From contig JARDVH010000099.1 in NCBI GenBank assembly GCA_030324005.1, positions 42,271,788 through 42,335,787 of the forward strand: a DNA stretch of 64,000 bases, given 5' to 3'. Both the position numbers and the translations under genes were made by a program. The notes below the pieces were generated by a model. It saw only the letters and a program-made list of their open reading frames with translations. It did not search any database and was not told the DNA's origin. How positions within the stretch are numbered: the first letter of the stretch is position 1; every line of letters starts with the position of its first letter. Below are positions 51,646 to 64,000 of this stretch, piece by piece. Origin of the DNA: Negaprion brevirostris. Taxonomy: Eukaryota.

Positions 51646-53569
51646 AACAGCTTGGAGGCATACCTGTTTATTGGTTCTAACCTTATTTTACTACCCTGGT
51701 GTCTTGTTGGATGTTCCATTGCCTCAAAAGTATTACTTTCTATCACAGATCAGTGATTCTGTCCACTTTCCATGACAAACAGCTTGCAACTTTTAACATG
51801 TTAATTTATTTCAAAGTTTTATGGCCTTTCTAATGCATGCTGCTAAGATTTGGTTAATTTCTGCATGTCACCTGCCTATTTCAAACAGAATTCTGTACTC
51901 CGCTCAAACTATCAATTTCCACTGCATTCCCCATGTTGAATAGCTTTCCTAAAACTGAACTGCAAATTTCACCCAGAAATAGATTAGTCAAAAATATCGA
52001 GCCTCTTAAGCCACTGTGGCTGTCTGAGTCCTTCATTTTGAAGGCTGTTTCAATCTTTCTGTCTCCTGCTCCTACAGCGACTGAGATGGTACCTTTGTTG
52101 TCTCGATTGTGAACAGTTTCCCCTTTAAGGTAAAGAAGGTATGATTTTCCTGTGTGTGCTGTTATTTTGAATGCAATTCAGCTTTATTGAGGAAACATGC
52201 ACGGAAAAGTGCATGACGCCACAGCAACTTGCACTCCTTGAGTGATCTGTGACGTACCAGCACCAAGTAGAAGAGAGAACTAGTATTTGGGTATAAATTA
52301 AATTGTGTTTGTGTAACTGAAAAAGTAATGTATGTCTCCTGCGTTTATAATAGTTTAGTAATGCATTGTGCAGTACCATTTATATTGTTTCATTTGTCAG
52401 AGAATAGTGGAATATTTTACATAAGAACAAGTTATTCTGATTTGAGAAACTTAATTAAAATGCTGATTTCATTACTTCGCAATACATTTTTATTACATTT
52501 GTTAAACCATTTTGTATATTCTCATTTTCTTAAGTAGCTTCATTTTACATTCTAATTATATGCAGCTGTGCTTTTTTAAAAACAAACTAGGCAAACAACG
52601 ATCTTTCTGTTTTGATGTCAAATTGACTTTTTGGTTTGCTATCCAAGAATAGGAGGAGAAAAGTGTGTGTGTTTGTGTTCTAAAATGCCTCTTAAAATAA
52701 TAGTGCAAGGTTTGAAATTAAGTTTATAAAATTGAAAAATAAGCAAGAGTTATCAAAGGTTAAACCTTTAGATTAAAAAGGACATTTTTGCAAAATGAAA
52801 TGAGATGGGAAAATGAACTATGCTGGAGAGTAGCATTTGCGTTAGCATCTTCGATGGTCTGCTATTTTCCTGATTTGGTTCTACTTTCTGTTATTGAAGT
52901 TTAGACCATCAAAAACCCATACATGTCTTAACTCTGCCTACTCAAATCTAGAGAGCTGAATACCCTGTTCTTGATATTGAAATCTTATACATCAGAGTTG
53001 GAAATTGCTTCAACCACCATCGAAGAGGAGGTGACGATAGAAAAATTCTTTAATAACTGCATGCTAATTAATGGAATGAAGAAGCCAAATAATTATATAG
53101 GATTCTACACAATCTACAGCATAGAAGCAGACTATTCAGCCCAGCTGATCCCTGCCAGTTTTTATGCTCCATATTAGCCTACTCTCACTCTACTTGTCAA
53201 ATCCCATCAGCATAATTGTTATTGCTCACCCCCCACCCCATGCCCAATGTATCTATCTAATGTCCCCTTAAATGCTTGAAAAACGTTTTGTGACCATTCT
53301 TAATTTTATTTTTGCTCTACATTGTCCCTGGGCTTTTGCATTCTTCAAGAGATTCATGTTGCAGGCAGTGGAATGGATACTGTTTAGTCAAGATGGTTCA
53401 GACGTCAATTTTGTATGTTTGTAATTTAAAATATCCTTTTGAATTTGCTCTCCTTGTTTCATTTATTTAATCTATTATATAGAGGATCTTAAGCTTTAAC
53501 AAAGTCAATTACGTAGGTATGAAGGAAGAGCTGGCTGTGGTTGATTAGGAAAATAGATTTAAAGATATT

Positions 53570-54345
53570 GTGATAAACTGGGAAACATTACAAAATGTTC
53601 AACCAATATACATTCCATTTAAAAGCAAAAGCTCAGTGAGATAGATGCATCAGTGACTTCGTAAGGACATTAAGGATAGTACTAGATTAAAAGAAGAGGC
53701 TGTAATGTTATGAAGAATAGCATTAATTCTGAGGAGTCGGAGTGTTTTATAAACTAGCAAAGGGCCACTAAAAATGTTGATAGTAAGGACAAAAATAGGA
53801 TATGTGAGTGAACTAGCCAGAACATATAAAAATAGATTGTAAAAGTCTTTACACCTGGAAGAGAGTAACTAAAATAAGCATTGGTCCCTTTGAAGCTGAA
53901 CAGGAGATGTTATCGTGGAGAATGATGAAATGGTGGCGATATTGGCCGATGTTTTGTTTCTGTCTTTGCAGAAAAAGATCAAATTACATACCAGAAATAG
54001 ATGGTAATCTAGGGAGTAATAAGAGTGAGGAACTTAAAGTAATTATTATCAGTAGAGAAAAAATACTAGAGGAAGTTGGGGATTAAAATCTGTCAAACCC
54101 CCAGGATGTGATGCCTACATTCTGGTGTTCTAAAAGAAATAGCTGTAAAAATAGTGAATGCACTGGCTTTTGTTTTCTAAAATTCCCTAAATTCTGGAAT
54201 GGTCCAGCAGATTGGAATGTAACTCAAGGAAGCAAGGTGAGAGAAAACTGGGAACAGTGGGAAAATTAGCCTGATATTGGCTATCGGGAAAGTGTTGGAA
54301 TCTGTTATTAAGGAAGAGGTAATGAGGTACTTAAAAGAGCATTGT
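53570..54345 (+). mobile_element. CR1 LINE, 5' portion of the copy that continues at 57710
   Basis: Colinear with 37800-38580. Confidence 0.8.
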
Positions 54346-54347
54346 AT

Positions 54348-54852
54348 TGTTATATAGTGGAGCTTGATCCCCCTCTGAGAACTAACACCAAAACCTCCAA
54401 AGAAGAGTACCTCTTAATTGCCCCTTAATGTGTCCTGGGATGCATAGGTTAGAGGGATTAGCGGGTAAAATATGTAGAGATATGGGCTGGGGCCTGGGTG
54501 GGATTGTGGTTGGTGCAGACTGGATGGGCCGAAGGGCCTCTTTCTGCACTGTAGGGTTCTATGATCTATGATCTACCTCGCCTCAAGCTGTAAAACCTGT
54601 GTGTGAAGTGATGTGACCTGCTCTTCAGCAACTCCTAGTGGTTAAATACAAAATAAATCCCTGATACTCTAAAATCAACATGTAACAGTTTATTTATCTA
54701 ACTGTCTGAACAACTTTACTAAATTATTAACAAACCGAATAAAGCAAGATTCTAATGATATACTGTTCCAATAATTATAATTAACCCTCATTAACAAAAA
54801 AACATTTGTTACTTTCTGAATTGCAACCAGGTTTTGTATTTTCTGGAATATT
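54348..54852. mobile_element. LTR-like repeat truncated by a gap, containing a 5'-truncated HE1 SINE (54414-54573, TSD tacctc)
   Basis: Starts TGTTATA and is colinear with 56870-57231; tacctc at 54408-54413 and 54574-54579. Confidence 0.65.
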
Positions 54853-56149
54853 NNNNNNNNNNNNNNNNNNNNNNNNNNNNNNNNNNNNNNNNNNNNNNNN
54901 NNNNNNNNNNNNNNNNNNNNNNNNNNNNNNNNNNNNNNNNNNNNNNNNNNNNAGTGGCACTTGGACGCCGGGACCAGCCATCAAGATGCCAGCCTTTGAG
55001 GGAGGTCTGGGGCTGACAATCGTGAGGGGGGGGCGGGGGGGGGGCGTGCATGGGTTGGGGCCAGCAATTGGGAGGGGGGGTGGGGGATGGGGTCGGGTCA
55101 AGGATAGCAATTCCAGGAGGTGTTGGGGCCAGTGATCAGCAGGGTGGTTGGGGGGAGGATCTGGGCCAGCGTTCAGGTGTGGGGGGGCAGGGGTCAAGGC
55201 CAGCAATCAGCAAGGTGATAACAGTATCTTGTCTTTCATTGTAACACATTTTGTCGGAAGCGTGAAACGTTTCATTTTGACCAAGTAAAATATGCAGCAA
55301 GTGCATTTCTTATCTTCTGATCAATTCTAAAAATGTTGAATTTGCTGGAAATTGATCAAGATTAAGAATGGTTTCATTTTACAAACCACAAAATTCTATT
55401 TTTGGCTGCTTAATCTTTTATATGCAATGCATTAATAGTTTCTCCACAGTGGTTGTGCACATATGGATACAATTTAATAACAATTCATACTAATTACACA
55501 CAATTAAAGTCTTAATAGTGTTATTAACTGGTTGTGTCAGTACCGTATTGTATTGAAAGCAATGGCTTGATGAAGCTGAAGATGGGTATTTGAAATATAT
55601 AAGTACACAATTAAGAGTATTCTATTTCAAAACTGTATGAGTTGCATATATGTCATAAAAATACCATTAACTTAAATTAGGCTGAAGAATCATAAGGCCA
55701 TAATGTGTGATAAATGTTTTCCTCCCCATACCTAACAAATCTTGCTTACTTCCTTGTAATCAGATTATAAAATAAAAATACAGTTTTCAGATATGAGGAG
55801 ACCTTCTGCCCATGTTTTATGCCGGTATGCAAGCAAAGGTCCTAATACTTCCTGGGGAAACTTAGAAGTTAGTGTTTCTGTGAATGGAATTTTGGGACAG
55901 CTCATTACCATTTTATTTCTGAGTGTAAATTGCTCAACAGTGGGTGCACTGAAGGTCATCATTGCACAATCTCACCTGTAGTATTTAATAGGTCTGTCCA
56001 AAAATAGAATTTGTGTTTAAACTCAGGGGGAAAACTTTCATGATGAATTCAGGATGGTCAGACCTGTGCTTTATTTCATGAATCATTGCTTGATGTGCTA
56101 CTAGGGGCTGCCATTATACCAGTACCTGAGAGATAAATTCTGAGTGGGG

Positions 56150-56865
56150 CATTTCCCTAAACCACAGTTGACAGTCCCTGCAATGTGTCCATTCCACTTC
56201 TCACATTTTTGCTCTTATCTCTCACCCACCTCCCCAGAATGATGATGGGTTCCCCTTGTCCTTACTATCCATTCACAAGCCTCCATGTTCAATATATCAT
56301 CTTCTACTATTTCAAACGCCTACATTATGATGCCTCCAAATACTTCTCCTCCTCCCCTTCACTTTCAGCATTGTAAAGGGAACTTTCCTTTTGCAACACT
56401 CTGATCTATTTTTTATTCATTCCCAACAACTCCCCTCATCCCATGGTACATTTACAAGCAAATGTAAGAGTTGCAACATCTGCCCTTTTGTTTCCTTTCT
56501 TCCCATTAATCAGGGCCCCATATATTCCATCCAGATGAAACAATGATTTACTTGTACTTGTTTTAATTTAGTATGTTGTATTTACTGCTCTTAATTTTGT
56601 TTCCTCCACATTGGGAAAATTGCAGATTGTGCGATTGTTTTGCAGGACACCCCCATTCAGGTTGTAAGAATGACCTTGTCTTCCGGTCATTTATGATTTT
56701 AATTTTGCACACCACTCCCACTCTGGTCTATCTGTCTTTGTCTTCCTACACCATTTTAATGAAACTGCCTTTGGATTTGGTATTCTACAGTCTTCAGGAC
56801 ACAACATTGAGTTCAATAATTTCAGATCATAACCACTGCTCCCATTATTTTTGGATGGCAGCTAG
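56150..56865 (+). mobile_element. Decayed Penelope-like element, GIY-YIG region (second family)
   Basis: Degenerate GTF..KCKSCNICPF...QGP....QMKQ*FTCTCFNLVCCIYCS...LHIG...CDCFAGH resembles the Penelope zinc-finger plus GIY-YIG region. Confidence 0.65.
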
Positions 56866-56869
56866 TAAT

Positions 56870-57673
56870 TGTTATAAAGCGGAGGTTGATTCTCCCACCC
56901 TCTCCCCCGCTTTGAGAACAAACGCCAAAACTCCCAAAGAGGAGTACCTCTCCTTATAATCTGTAAAAAGTGTGTGTGAAGTGGTGTAAACTGCTCTTCA
57001 GCAACTCTTAGTTGTTAAATACAAAATAAATCCCTAACACTCTCTCTAAAATCAACTCATAACAATTTATTTGTGTAATAGTGAACAACTTTACTAAACT
57101 ATTATCAAACCGAATAAAACAAGACTCTAATGGTATGCTGTTCCAATAAATACAATTCCCACTCATTAACAAAAAAACGGAGTTTAGTTACTCTCTAAAT
57201 TGCAACTAAGTTTTGTATCTTCTGGAATATTCTGGGCCTTCTCTGTTGATTCTTCTTTCTTCTTTGGTATCTTTGCTATCTAGGTGGGGCTTTGATCTAA
57301 AAGCTGTGAGCTGTGACAGGTGGCAGTTGCTCTCTCCTTTTGTCCCACTGCCTCCTTCTTTTCTACCTGTGAAGACATATCAATATTTCCCACAATTGGA
57401 TTGGTCCCAGGTTGTCAAAACCACCAGATTTAAATTTAATAGGTTCTTGGTATCTAAGTGCCTAATTCAAATTGATTGACTGAATTAAAAAGTTTCAAAA
57501 GCTTGAAAGCCTGTTGTCTTGTTTAAAAACTGCTGCTTGTATTGAACTTTTGATACAAATGTCTCAGATGGAGCTCTATATATACTTGCATTTTTTTAAA
57601 CTCTCTTAAGCGCAGAAAAAGCTCCACCTTTTAAAGGGACCATGCAATGCTTTCTCCCTAGCATTTTACAACA
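56870..57673. mobile_element. LTR-like repeat (~800 bp)
   Basis: Termini TGTTA...CAACA; homologous to 54348-54852. Confidence 0.65.
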
Positions 57674-57709
57674 TCAATCTACAATTACTCTAACTAGCTT
57701 TGCAACTGT

Positions 57710-58915
57710 GTAATGAGACAAAGTCGACATTGTTCTTACAAAAGGGAAATTCTGTTCAAAAATTGAGTTTTTTGAGCATGTAACTAGTAGGGTAGGTGAA
57801 CTAGAAAATGTAGTATAATTGGATAGCCAAAAGATATTTGTTAAGGTGCCTCGCAAAAGTTCACATAAGGTAAGGGCCATGGAGTTAGGACAATTTATAG
57901 CATGGTTAGAGCATTGTTTAATGGACAGGAAGTGAAAGTTAGGGATAAATGAGATTTTCAAGCTAACAGGCTATAATTACTGTAGTGCAACAAGGAGCAG
58001 TGCTGTGGACTCAACGACTTGCAAACTATGTTAATGCCTTAGACGAAGCGACAAAATAATATGTCTAAGTTTGTGAATGATGCAAAGTCACATGGGACTG
58101 TAAGCGTTGAGGAAGATGCAGAGATTCCAAAGAAAGATAGGCAAGTTAAGTGCATGGGCAACAAGATGCAGATGGAGGGGAAGTTGTGAGGTTAGAAGAA
58201 GGGAAAGGCAATTTTTTTTAATATGGTGTGAAACTTGTAAATGTTGATGCTCAGCGAGTCTTGGGTATACTTGCACAAGAAACTTAAAGGTACATTTAGG
58301 AAAGCAAATTGTATGTTGGCTTTTATTGCAAGAGCATTGAAGTATAGGAATAAAGAAGTCTCACTAACAGTTGTATGGGGCATTTATGAGATCATACTGG
58401 AATACTGTGTGCAATTTTGATCTCAGTAGTTGAGGAAGTATATAGTTGCATTGGAGGCAATATAGCAAAGGTTCATTTGATTGGTCCCTGGGATGTGACG
58501 GTTGTTCAATGATGAGACTGAGTAAGTTTGACCTATATTCTCTGGACTTTAGAGAATGAGAGGTGCTCTTATTGAAACACTTAAGCTTCTGAAGGGATTT
58601 TACTTGGTCGATATTGAGATGTTGTTTCACCTGGCTGGGATTTCTGGAACACGGACATAGTTTCAGAATAAAGGACTAATTGTTTCTGACAATGTGCAGA
58701 AATATCTTCTCTGAGGTTTGTGAACCTTGGAATTCTCTACTTAAAATTATGGATGAACCATCATTTAATGTATTTCAGATTGAGATAGACAGATTTTTGG
58801 GGTCTCAGGGAATCCAGGGATATGGGATTTAAGCCTAAGATCAGCCATTATCACATTGAATGGCTGAGCAGACTTGATGGGCTGTATGACCTTCTTGTGC
58901 TCCTATTTCTTATAT
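57710..58915 (+). mobile_element. CR1 LINE, 3' portion
   Basis: RQS.H..TKGK-like start, SKFVNDAK, LEYCVQF and a 3' tail ending ctcctatttcttat. Confidence 0.85.
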
Positions 58916-59462
58916 TTCAGAAGTAAGCCATGCTCAAGTCAAAATGGATGAAATCTGTTATCTCCTTTATCAGTGTAACGCTTTTCTTTATGGTATCTTG
59001 TTTCCAAGTTTTGTAATAGCAGCATTTAATATTTGTTATCTGGGAAATTTATCTTTCAATTAACTCATTTTTTCCTTTTAGAATTGAATTGGTTAGCGAT
59101 CTTTTGTATTATATTCTAAAGGATTATATACTTTTTGATGTATTGATTAAGGCATTGAGCAGTTAATGCCAGAGTGATTTCTTTTCATTGTTACAGAACC
59201 AAAATTTAAAAGAAAATTTGCTATTTTATTCTTGTGTCCCAGATAGATGTCTTATACTATATCATAGTAGGTTTGCAATCAGACCAATTGTACATGCATA
59301 TGTAAAACAATTGGATGCACTTGCATTTATTCATTATTAATCTACCTTGGGAAATGGCTTAACTGATAAATTATGAAGATTGTTGTATGTCCTGAAAAAA
59401 AAATCTGCTGTTTATTTGATTCAGGAAGGCAGACTAATTCTTTTCATTTATTTCATTTCTAG

Positions 59463-59714
59463 ATTTTTTGAAATTGTTTATATCCTCCTCAAAGCTGGAG
59501 CTGTTGTAACAGGTCTTCACTATTGTTATTGCCTGCAATATCAGTGCTTCCATTTGCTACAGTTTCTTCTGGCACAGGGTTACACATTGCCATCAGGCTG
59601 TCATTTGGCTGGCATTGCAAAGTATGGATTGTTAGCAGAACATCAGTATAAGCAGTGGTTACCTCATCTATTACTGGCTGGACTGAATCCTGTTGATCTG
59701 CTTAGTGAAGCATG
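59463..59714 (+). CDS. ASB3: ASB3 coding exon 7; the gene continues past this exon
   Basis: (R)FFEIVYILLKAGA...QYKQWLPHLLLAGLNPVDLLSEA(W), like human FFGIVNILLKYGA...[24 protein letters not shown]; ttctag acceptor, TG|gtaag donor; 252 nt, phase 2. Confidence 0.93.
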
Positions 59715-60079
59715 GTAAGTAACAAGTTCAGAGATGCACCCACTTGTTATTTTAAAATAACAAAATAACTGCAAATGACTTCTTTATAGTTGAAATAGTA
59801 AGTCAGAAAATAGACGTATTGGTTGAAATATTATCGCTCCACCCACTTCATTTACATTTAAATAATGAGCTCGAGCGTGCAATGTTGTTTCATCATTTTG
59901 CAAGTTTCATTTAATAATGGGTATCACATCCAAGACTGATTGTCGAGAACTGGCTAGTATTTCACAGGGAGTGATTAAAATATTACGAATGCTGAAGTGT
60001 AGGGTTGATTAATAAATGCCATCTTAAGTGTGGAGTAAACCATCTAATGTATTAACATTGTACCAATCATAACTTTGGT

Positions 60080-60333
60080 GTTGTTTTTGGGTTTTTTGGC
60101 TAAAATCAAGTACAGTTTTTGATCCTACAGCAGGTCTAAGCCAATGAGGTCACCTGAAGCAATCTTTTAAAGCTGTCTCGGCCTTTTGGCTAAGACGAAT
60201 CTCAGATGAAGCCCAGGAGAGGGTGTAATGCCTCATCCTGTCAGCTTGGATCTTGTTTGAGTGAGCCCAAAATAGGAGTGACCTGCCTTGTCAGCTTGGG
60301 TCTGTTTTGAATTGCATTTTGATTGGGAATAAA
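60080..60333 (+). mobile_element. Second, more diverged U2-headed SINE-like copy
   Basis: Degenerate U2 5' end at 60080-60116; perfect U2 nt 7-26 (tctcggccttttggctaaga) at 60176-60195; shares tgaagcaa..ttttaaagc and two tcagcttgg units with the 51202 copy. Confidence 0.7.
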
Positions 60334-61007
60334 GCACCAAAAGGTACAAAACAAGATGTTGTAGATCAATAACACACTAACACATTTTTCACTGTTGCAA
60401 TTTATTTTTATGTGTAATTTTTTCTAATGAAAGTAGCATTCACAATCTAATATCTCACCTTTGCATTTGCTCTATTGGGATGGGTAGCTTCACTTGAAGA
60501 ACTCCAGATACAAACCTCCGAAAGATGTGCCTGTTATTCAATGGTTCACCTACTACGCTTTTTGAAGTGTTTCTTTGGGATAAGTAAAATTGCATAGGGA
60601 AAGCCATAAAAGGCAGTAATTAGCAATTTTAATGAAGAAGCAAAACTCATTAGCTGCTAATGATAAACAAAGAAGTAGTATGCCACTGCAACGTGTACAA
60701 AAAGAAAATCTTGCAAATAAAATTCTTCGGTCTTTCTTTACAGGATAAAAGTCAGAACAAGATTTTTGTCCTCGTCTTGGACTTAACCCTGATTTGATTG
60801 GAGTATCCAATTTTAGTCTATTTTAATAAAGTAGGCAAATGGCCATACCAGTATGGGTACACCCTGAATGCCTACTGGAAGGTAGGGTCTAAGCTGTGGT
60901 ACCAGGATAACACTCAGAGAAGCTGATGAAGCTGCCAACAACACTGGAAGCTAGCTGTCTTTAAGAGGGATGATATTATTGTGCTAGTCTGTTATCTACT
61001 AAGGTGT

Positions 61008-61096
61008 AATAAGAAGTCTCACCAGGTTAAAGTCCAACAGGTTTATTTGATAGTAATCCCACAAGCTTTCAGAAACGCTGTTCCTTCGTCAGGCGT
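61008..61096 (-). mobile_element. Penelope-like terminal repeat
   Basis: ccaggttaaagtccaacaggtttatttg...aagctttcagaaacgctgttccttcgtcagg. Confidence 0.75.
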
Positions 61097-62204
61097 GTGG
61101 AAGGTTCCCAGGGATTGGTGTATGTTCCTCAGTTGACTTTGGTGCTGGTATTTTGCTGATTTTTAGATTCTTTGGATCATTATGGATTTTGGTAGCTGAT
61201 GTCACGGCTGAAATGGAGGACAGAATGTTCAACCCAATTTGGTTTCAGTTGGATTGGCCAGCCTTGGATTTTTGGGACAGAGATTTGGTATTTTGGATTC
61301 TAACCACTATCTCACTCTCTTGCCTTTTCTCACCTGCTGCTTTTATTCCAGACATTTCCATGTTTAAAAATAACAGTTGTGGTTATATTTTTCATGAGCA
61401 TTAAGTAGCCTTTGTCACTCTAACATTAAAGCACGACAGAGAAAATCACTATCAGAGAGATCTGTGTAAGTCTTAAAGGAAATCTCATCATTTTCTTGCA
61501 CAGAGGAACTCTAACTAGGAGCATCTTAGAGGATAGGTAGCAGGGCTCTCTTTTGAAGTCTCTGACGTTTAAAGAATCTGGTTAATTGTAAAACAATCTA
61601 ATATAGCACTCATTTTAAGAATCTTGTAGTGAAGGCAAATCGAGCTCAAATTTATTCAAGACCCAGGGACTTGATTTATTTTGTGTACTTTTGAAACACA
61701 CTAACCTGGTAAATTTTTATTTGTTATCTTAATGCAATCATTAACTCGTCAGTGGAAATTGGGAATGACTATATTTAAATGGCAAAATCAGAAGTTTATT
61801 GTAAAGTAAAAATGGCATGTTGAAGAAAATAAATCCACTAAGCTGTTTATTTAATCTTTTATTAAGAAGGGAAAAGTAATGTGAATTTTAAAAGATATTC
61901 CAGGGATAAAGAAATGTGGTGAAGATATAAATCCCAGGAAAGCTATAATCCAGAATTCCAAATTCACTATCTTTCTTCCCTGCCCCATGTATGGAGGAAT
62001 TCCAAATTTTGCTGAACAACCTTGGAAGGTTAACTTGTTATTTTGGGACTTGTATAAGGAGAATTTTAACATCATTTCTGCTTCAATTTCTACCTTGATG
62101 GTTCCATTAAGGGCCTATTTGGTCGAAAAACAAACAGCTTGAAATGGGAGGTCGGGGAGGATAAATTTAGGTAAGGCGTATAAACAAGGGGGGGGAACGT
62201 TATT

Positions 62205-62460
62205 TTTATTTACAAAGTAGGTGCATTATAATATAAAAAAGGATAGCAAGAGTTTTTATAAATATATAAAAAGGAAGAGGCNNNNNNNNNNNNNNNNNNN
62301 NNNNNNNNNNNNNNNNNNNNNNNNNNNNNNNNNNNNNNNNNNNNNNNNNNNNNNNNNNNNNNNNNNNNNNNNNNNNNNNNNTGAATGGCAGGGCAGGCTC
62401 GAGGGGCTAGATGGCCTACTCCTGCTCCTATTTCTTATGTTCTTATTATGTTCTTATGAC
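62205..62460 (+). mobile_element. CR1/HER1 LINE collapsed into a gap
   Basis: NIKKDSKSFYKYIKRKR before the gap; young CR1 tail with tatgttct repeats after it. Confidence 0.75.
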
Positions 62461-64000
62461 AATTTGGAGGAAAATGCTCAGGTCAGTTTGGTTTGTTAGT
62501 TAAATTACAGCTATTTCTATGTACTTGCACTTCTGGGGCTTTGCAGATTTTAACAATTGAGACAGAGGATGATGTAAATATAGACTAATCTTGGATTGGA
62601 GTTATTTTATGCAGACCGGCTTTGAATAATACAAATATTTACAGAAATTGAAATAATGATTAAGCTATTGTGATAGAGGTTTTATGAATGGTGAAGTGAA
62701 TGCTACAAAGGCCAGGGTTCAAAATTAAGCCTATGTTCTGCTTCTGTAACTTGCTAACTATAGCTCACAATCCAGTATGCACTCAATAGTTCTTTGATTA
62801 TACCTCTTTGAATAAATTATTTCAAAAATAGCAAATGTTTTTGCCTGTTTTGTGACAGTAGCAGATAACATACACTGATCTATTCTCCACTGACATTATT
62901 CATTAAAAACAAGTACCTGCTCCTGCCCTGTATCAATTGTGGAATCTGCTTTTTTGCATGCAATGCATACTAATCCTGCTTAATCTCAAAAACAGTACAT
63001 ATTTAGCCCAATAGATAATGACTATTATATACATATTACATCTAATTAAAATGCAAATCCCTTCAGTTTTACTTTCTTTCAGTGATACAATTTCATTAGG
63101 TAGATTGTACATTACAGATCTGACTGTTAGAGCTTTCAGGTAATTTGGAGGTAATTTTGTTCATGATGAAATAAAGTAGCACGTTAATAGAAAGTAAATG
63201 CCAACCATGTATTTGGTTGATTATTTGTCACTGCTTCATGATTTTTTTCAAGTTATTATCATAAAAGGTAATCATCGAGTTTGTTTGTTGCTGATGTGTT
63301 GTCCAGGGGTAAATCTACCTGTCTACAATTGTGAGGCAAGTTCGCTGTTGTGTGAATTAGTGCAATGCAATATAATCTATCACTGGGGAACTCATTTCCT
63401 TGTTTTTTCAAGCATTAGTATGACTGATTATTTTGCTTAACCCAAAAGGCCAGAAGCATATTGCTGATAAAACTGGAACGTGTATTTTATGGCTGTCTGT
63501 TTGAGCATTTTTAAAATGAGCTCTTCATGCACAGAAATTAAATTTAGCTACTACAAAATTTATAGACATTTTAAAAATTATAAAAATAGCTGTAATTTTA
63601 ACTTGTTGCTAAAATATTATCAAATTTATTAATTTCTACATAATTCAAACCTTGATGCAGCGTTTCTCTGGAAAGAGGATGGCCTCCATGGCTGAAGTGA
63701 CACTTATTGTTGTGTCACTTTAATCTTTTCCATTCCTCTTTGCTACGGATGAAAATTTTGTAACCAAAGTCCCTTTTGATCTCTCTTTGAATTACAAAAA
63801 TTAACTGTTCACATTGTATGTGCAGTGAATGCGATTTCTGCTGTCATCCCTAATTTTGGTTGTCTACTGCTTTTTGAAAGAGATCTTTGGTTGATTATCA
63901 GGTTTCAATTCTGTATGAAGTGTAGCCCAATGCTTACTGTATTTTATACCAGCGAACATTGTCACTGATGCCTCTTGTCAGAAAATGATGTGATGTAAAA

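Noticed and set aside
59715-64000. Next ASB3 exon or SOCS box
   Set aside because: No segment resembling IDSVS..TLIFTLEFTNW or a SOCS box with valid splice sites was found; it presumably lies downstream of the window.

Overview
Vertebrate genomic DNA from a gapped draft assembly. The repeat content (HE1/V-type SINEs, HER1/CR1 LINEs, shark-type Penelope terminal repeats) points to a shark. The window holds the 5' part of ASB3 (ankyrin repeat and SOCS box 3) on the + strand as 7 coding exons (17080-59714, 1232 nt, all GT-AG and phase-consistent); the C-terminal/SOCS-box exons were not found and presumably lie beyond the window. ASB3 is head-to-head with the start of CHAC2 (- strand, ATG at 11013, running into a gap) across a CpG-rich promoter with CCAAT and NRF1 motifs. 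Most of the remaining sequence is intron filled with decayed transposons (CR1, a second CR1/L2-group LINE, L2, Tx1, Rex1, Gypsy, solo LTRs, Penelope, SINEs). Most notable observations: (1) a two-copy SINE-like family with a doubled U2 snRNA 5' head and repeated hairpins whose stems co-vary, one copy having an A-tail and TSD; (2) Penelope-derived mini-elements carrying minimal hammerhead ribozyme motifs; (3) two independent local inverted duplications with nearly the same ~250-bp spacer; (4) an altered CHAC2 N-terminus. All identities and repeat boundaries were judged by eye and repeat ends are approximate.
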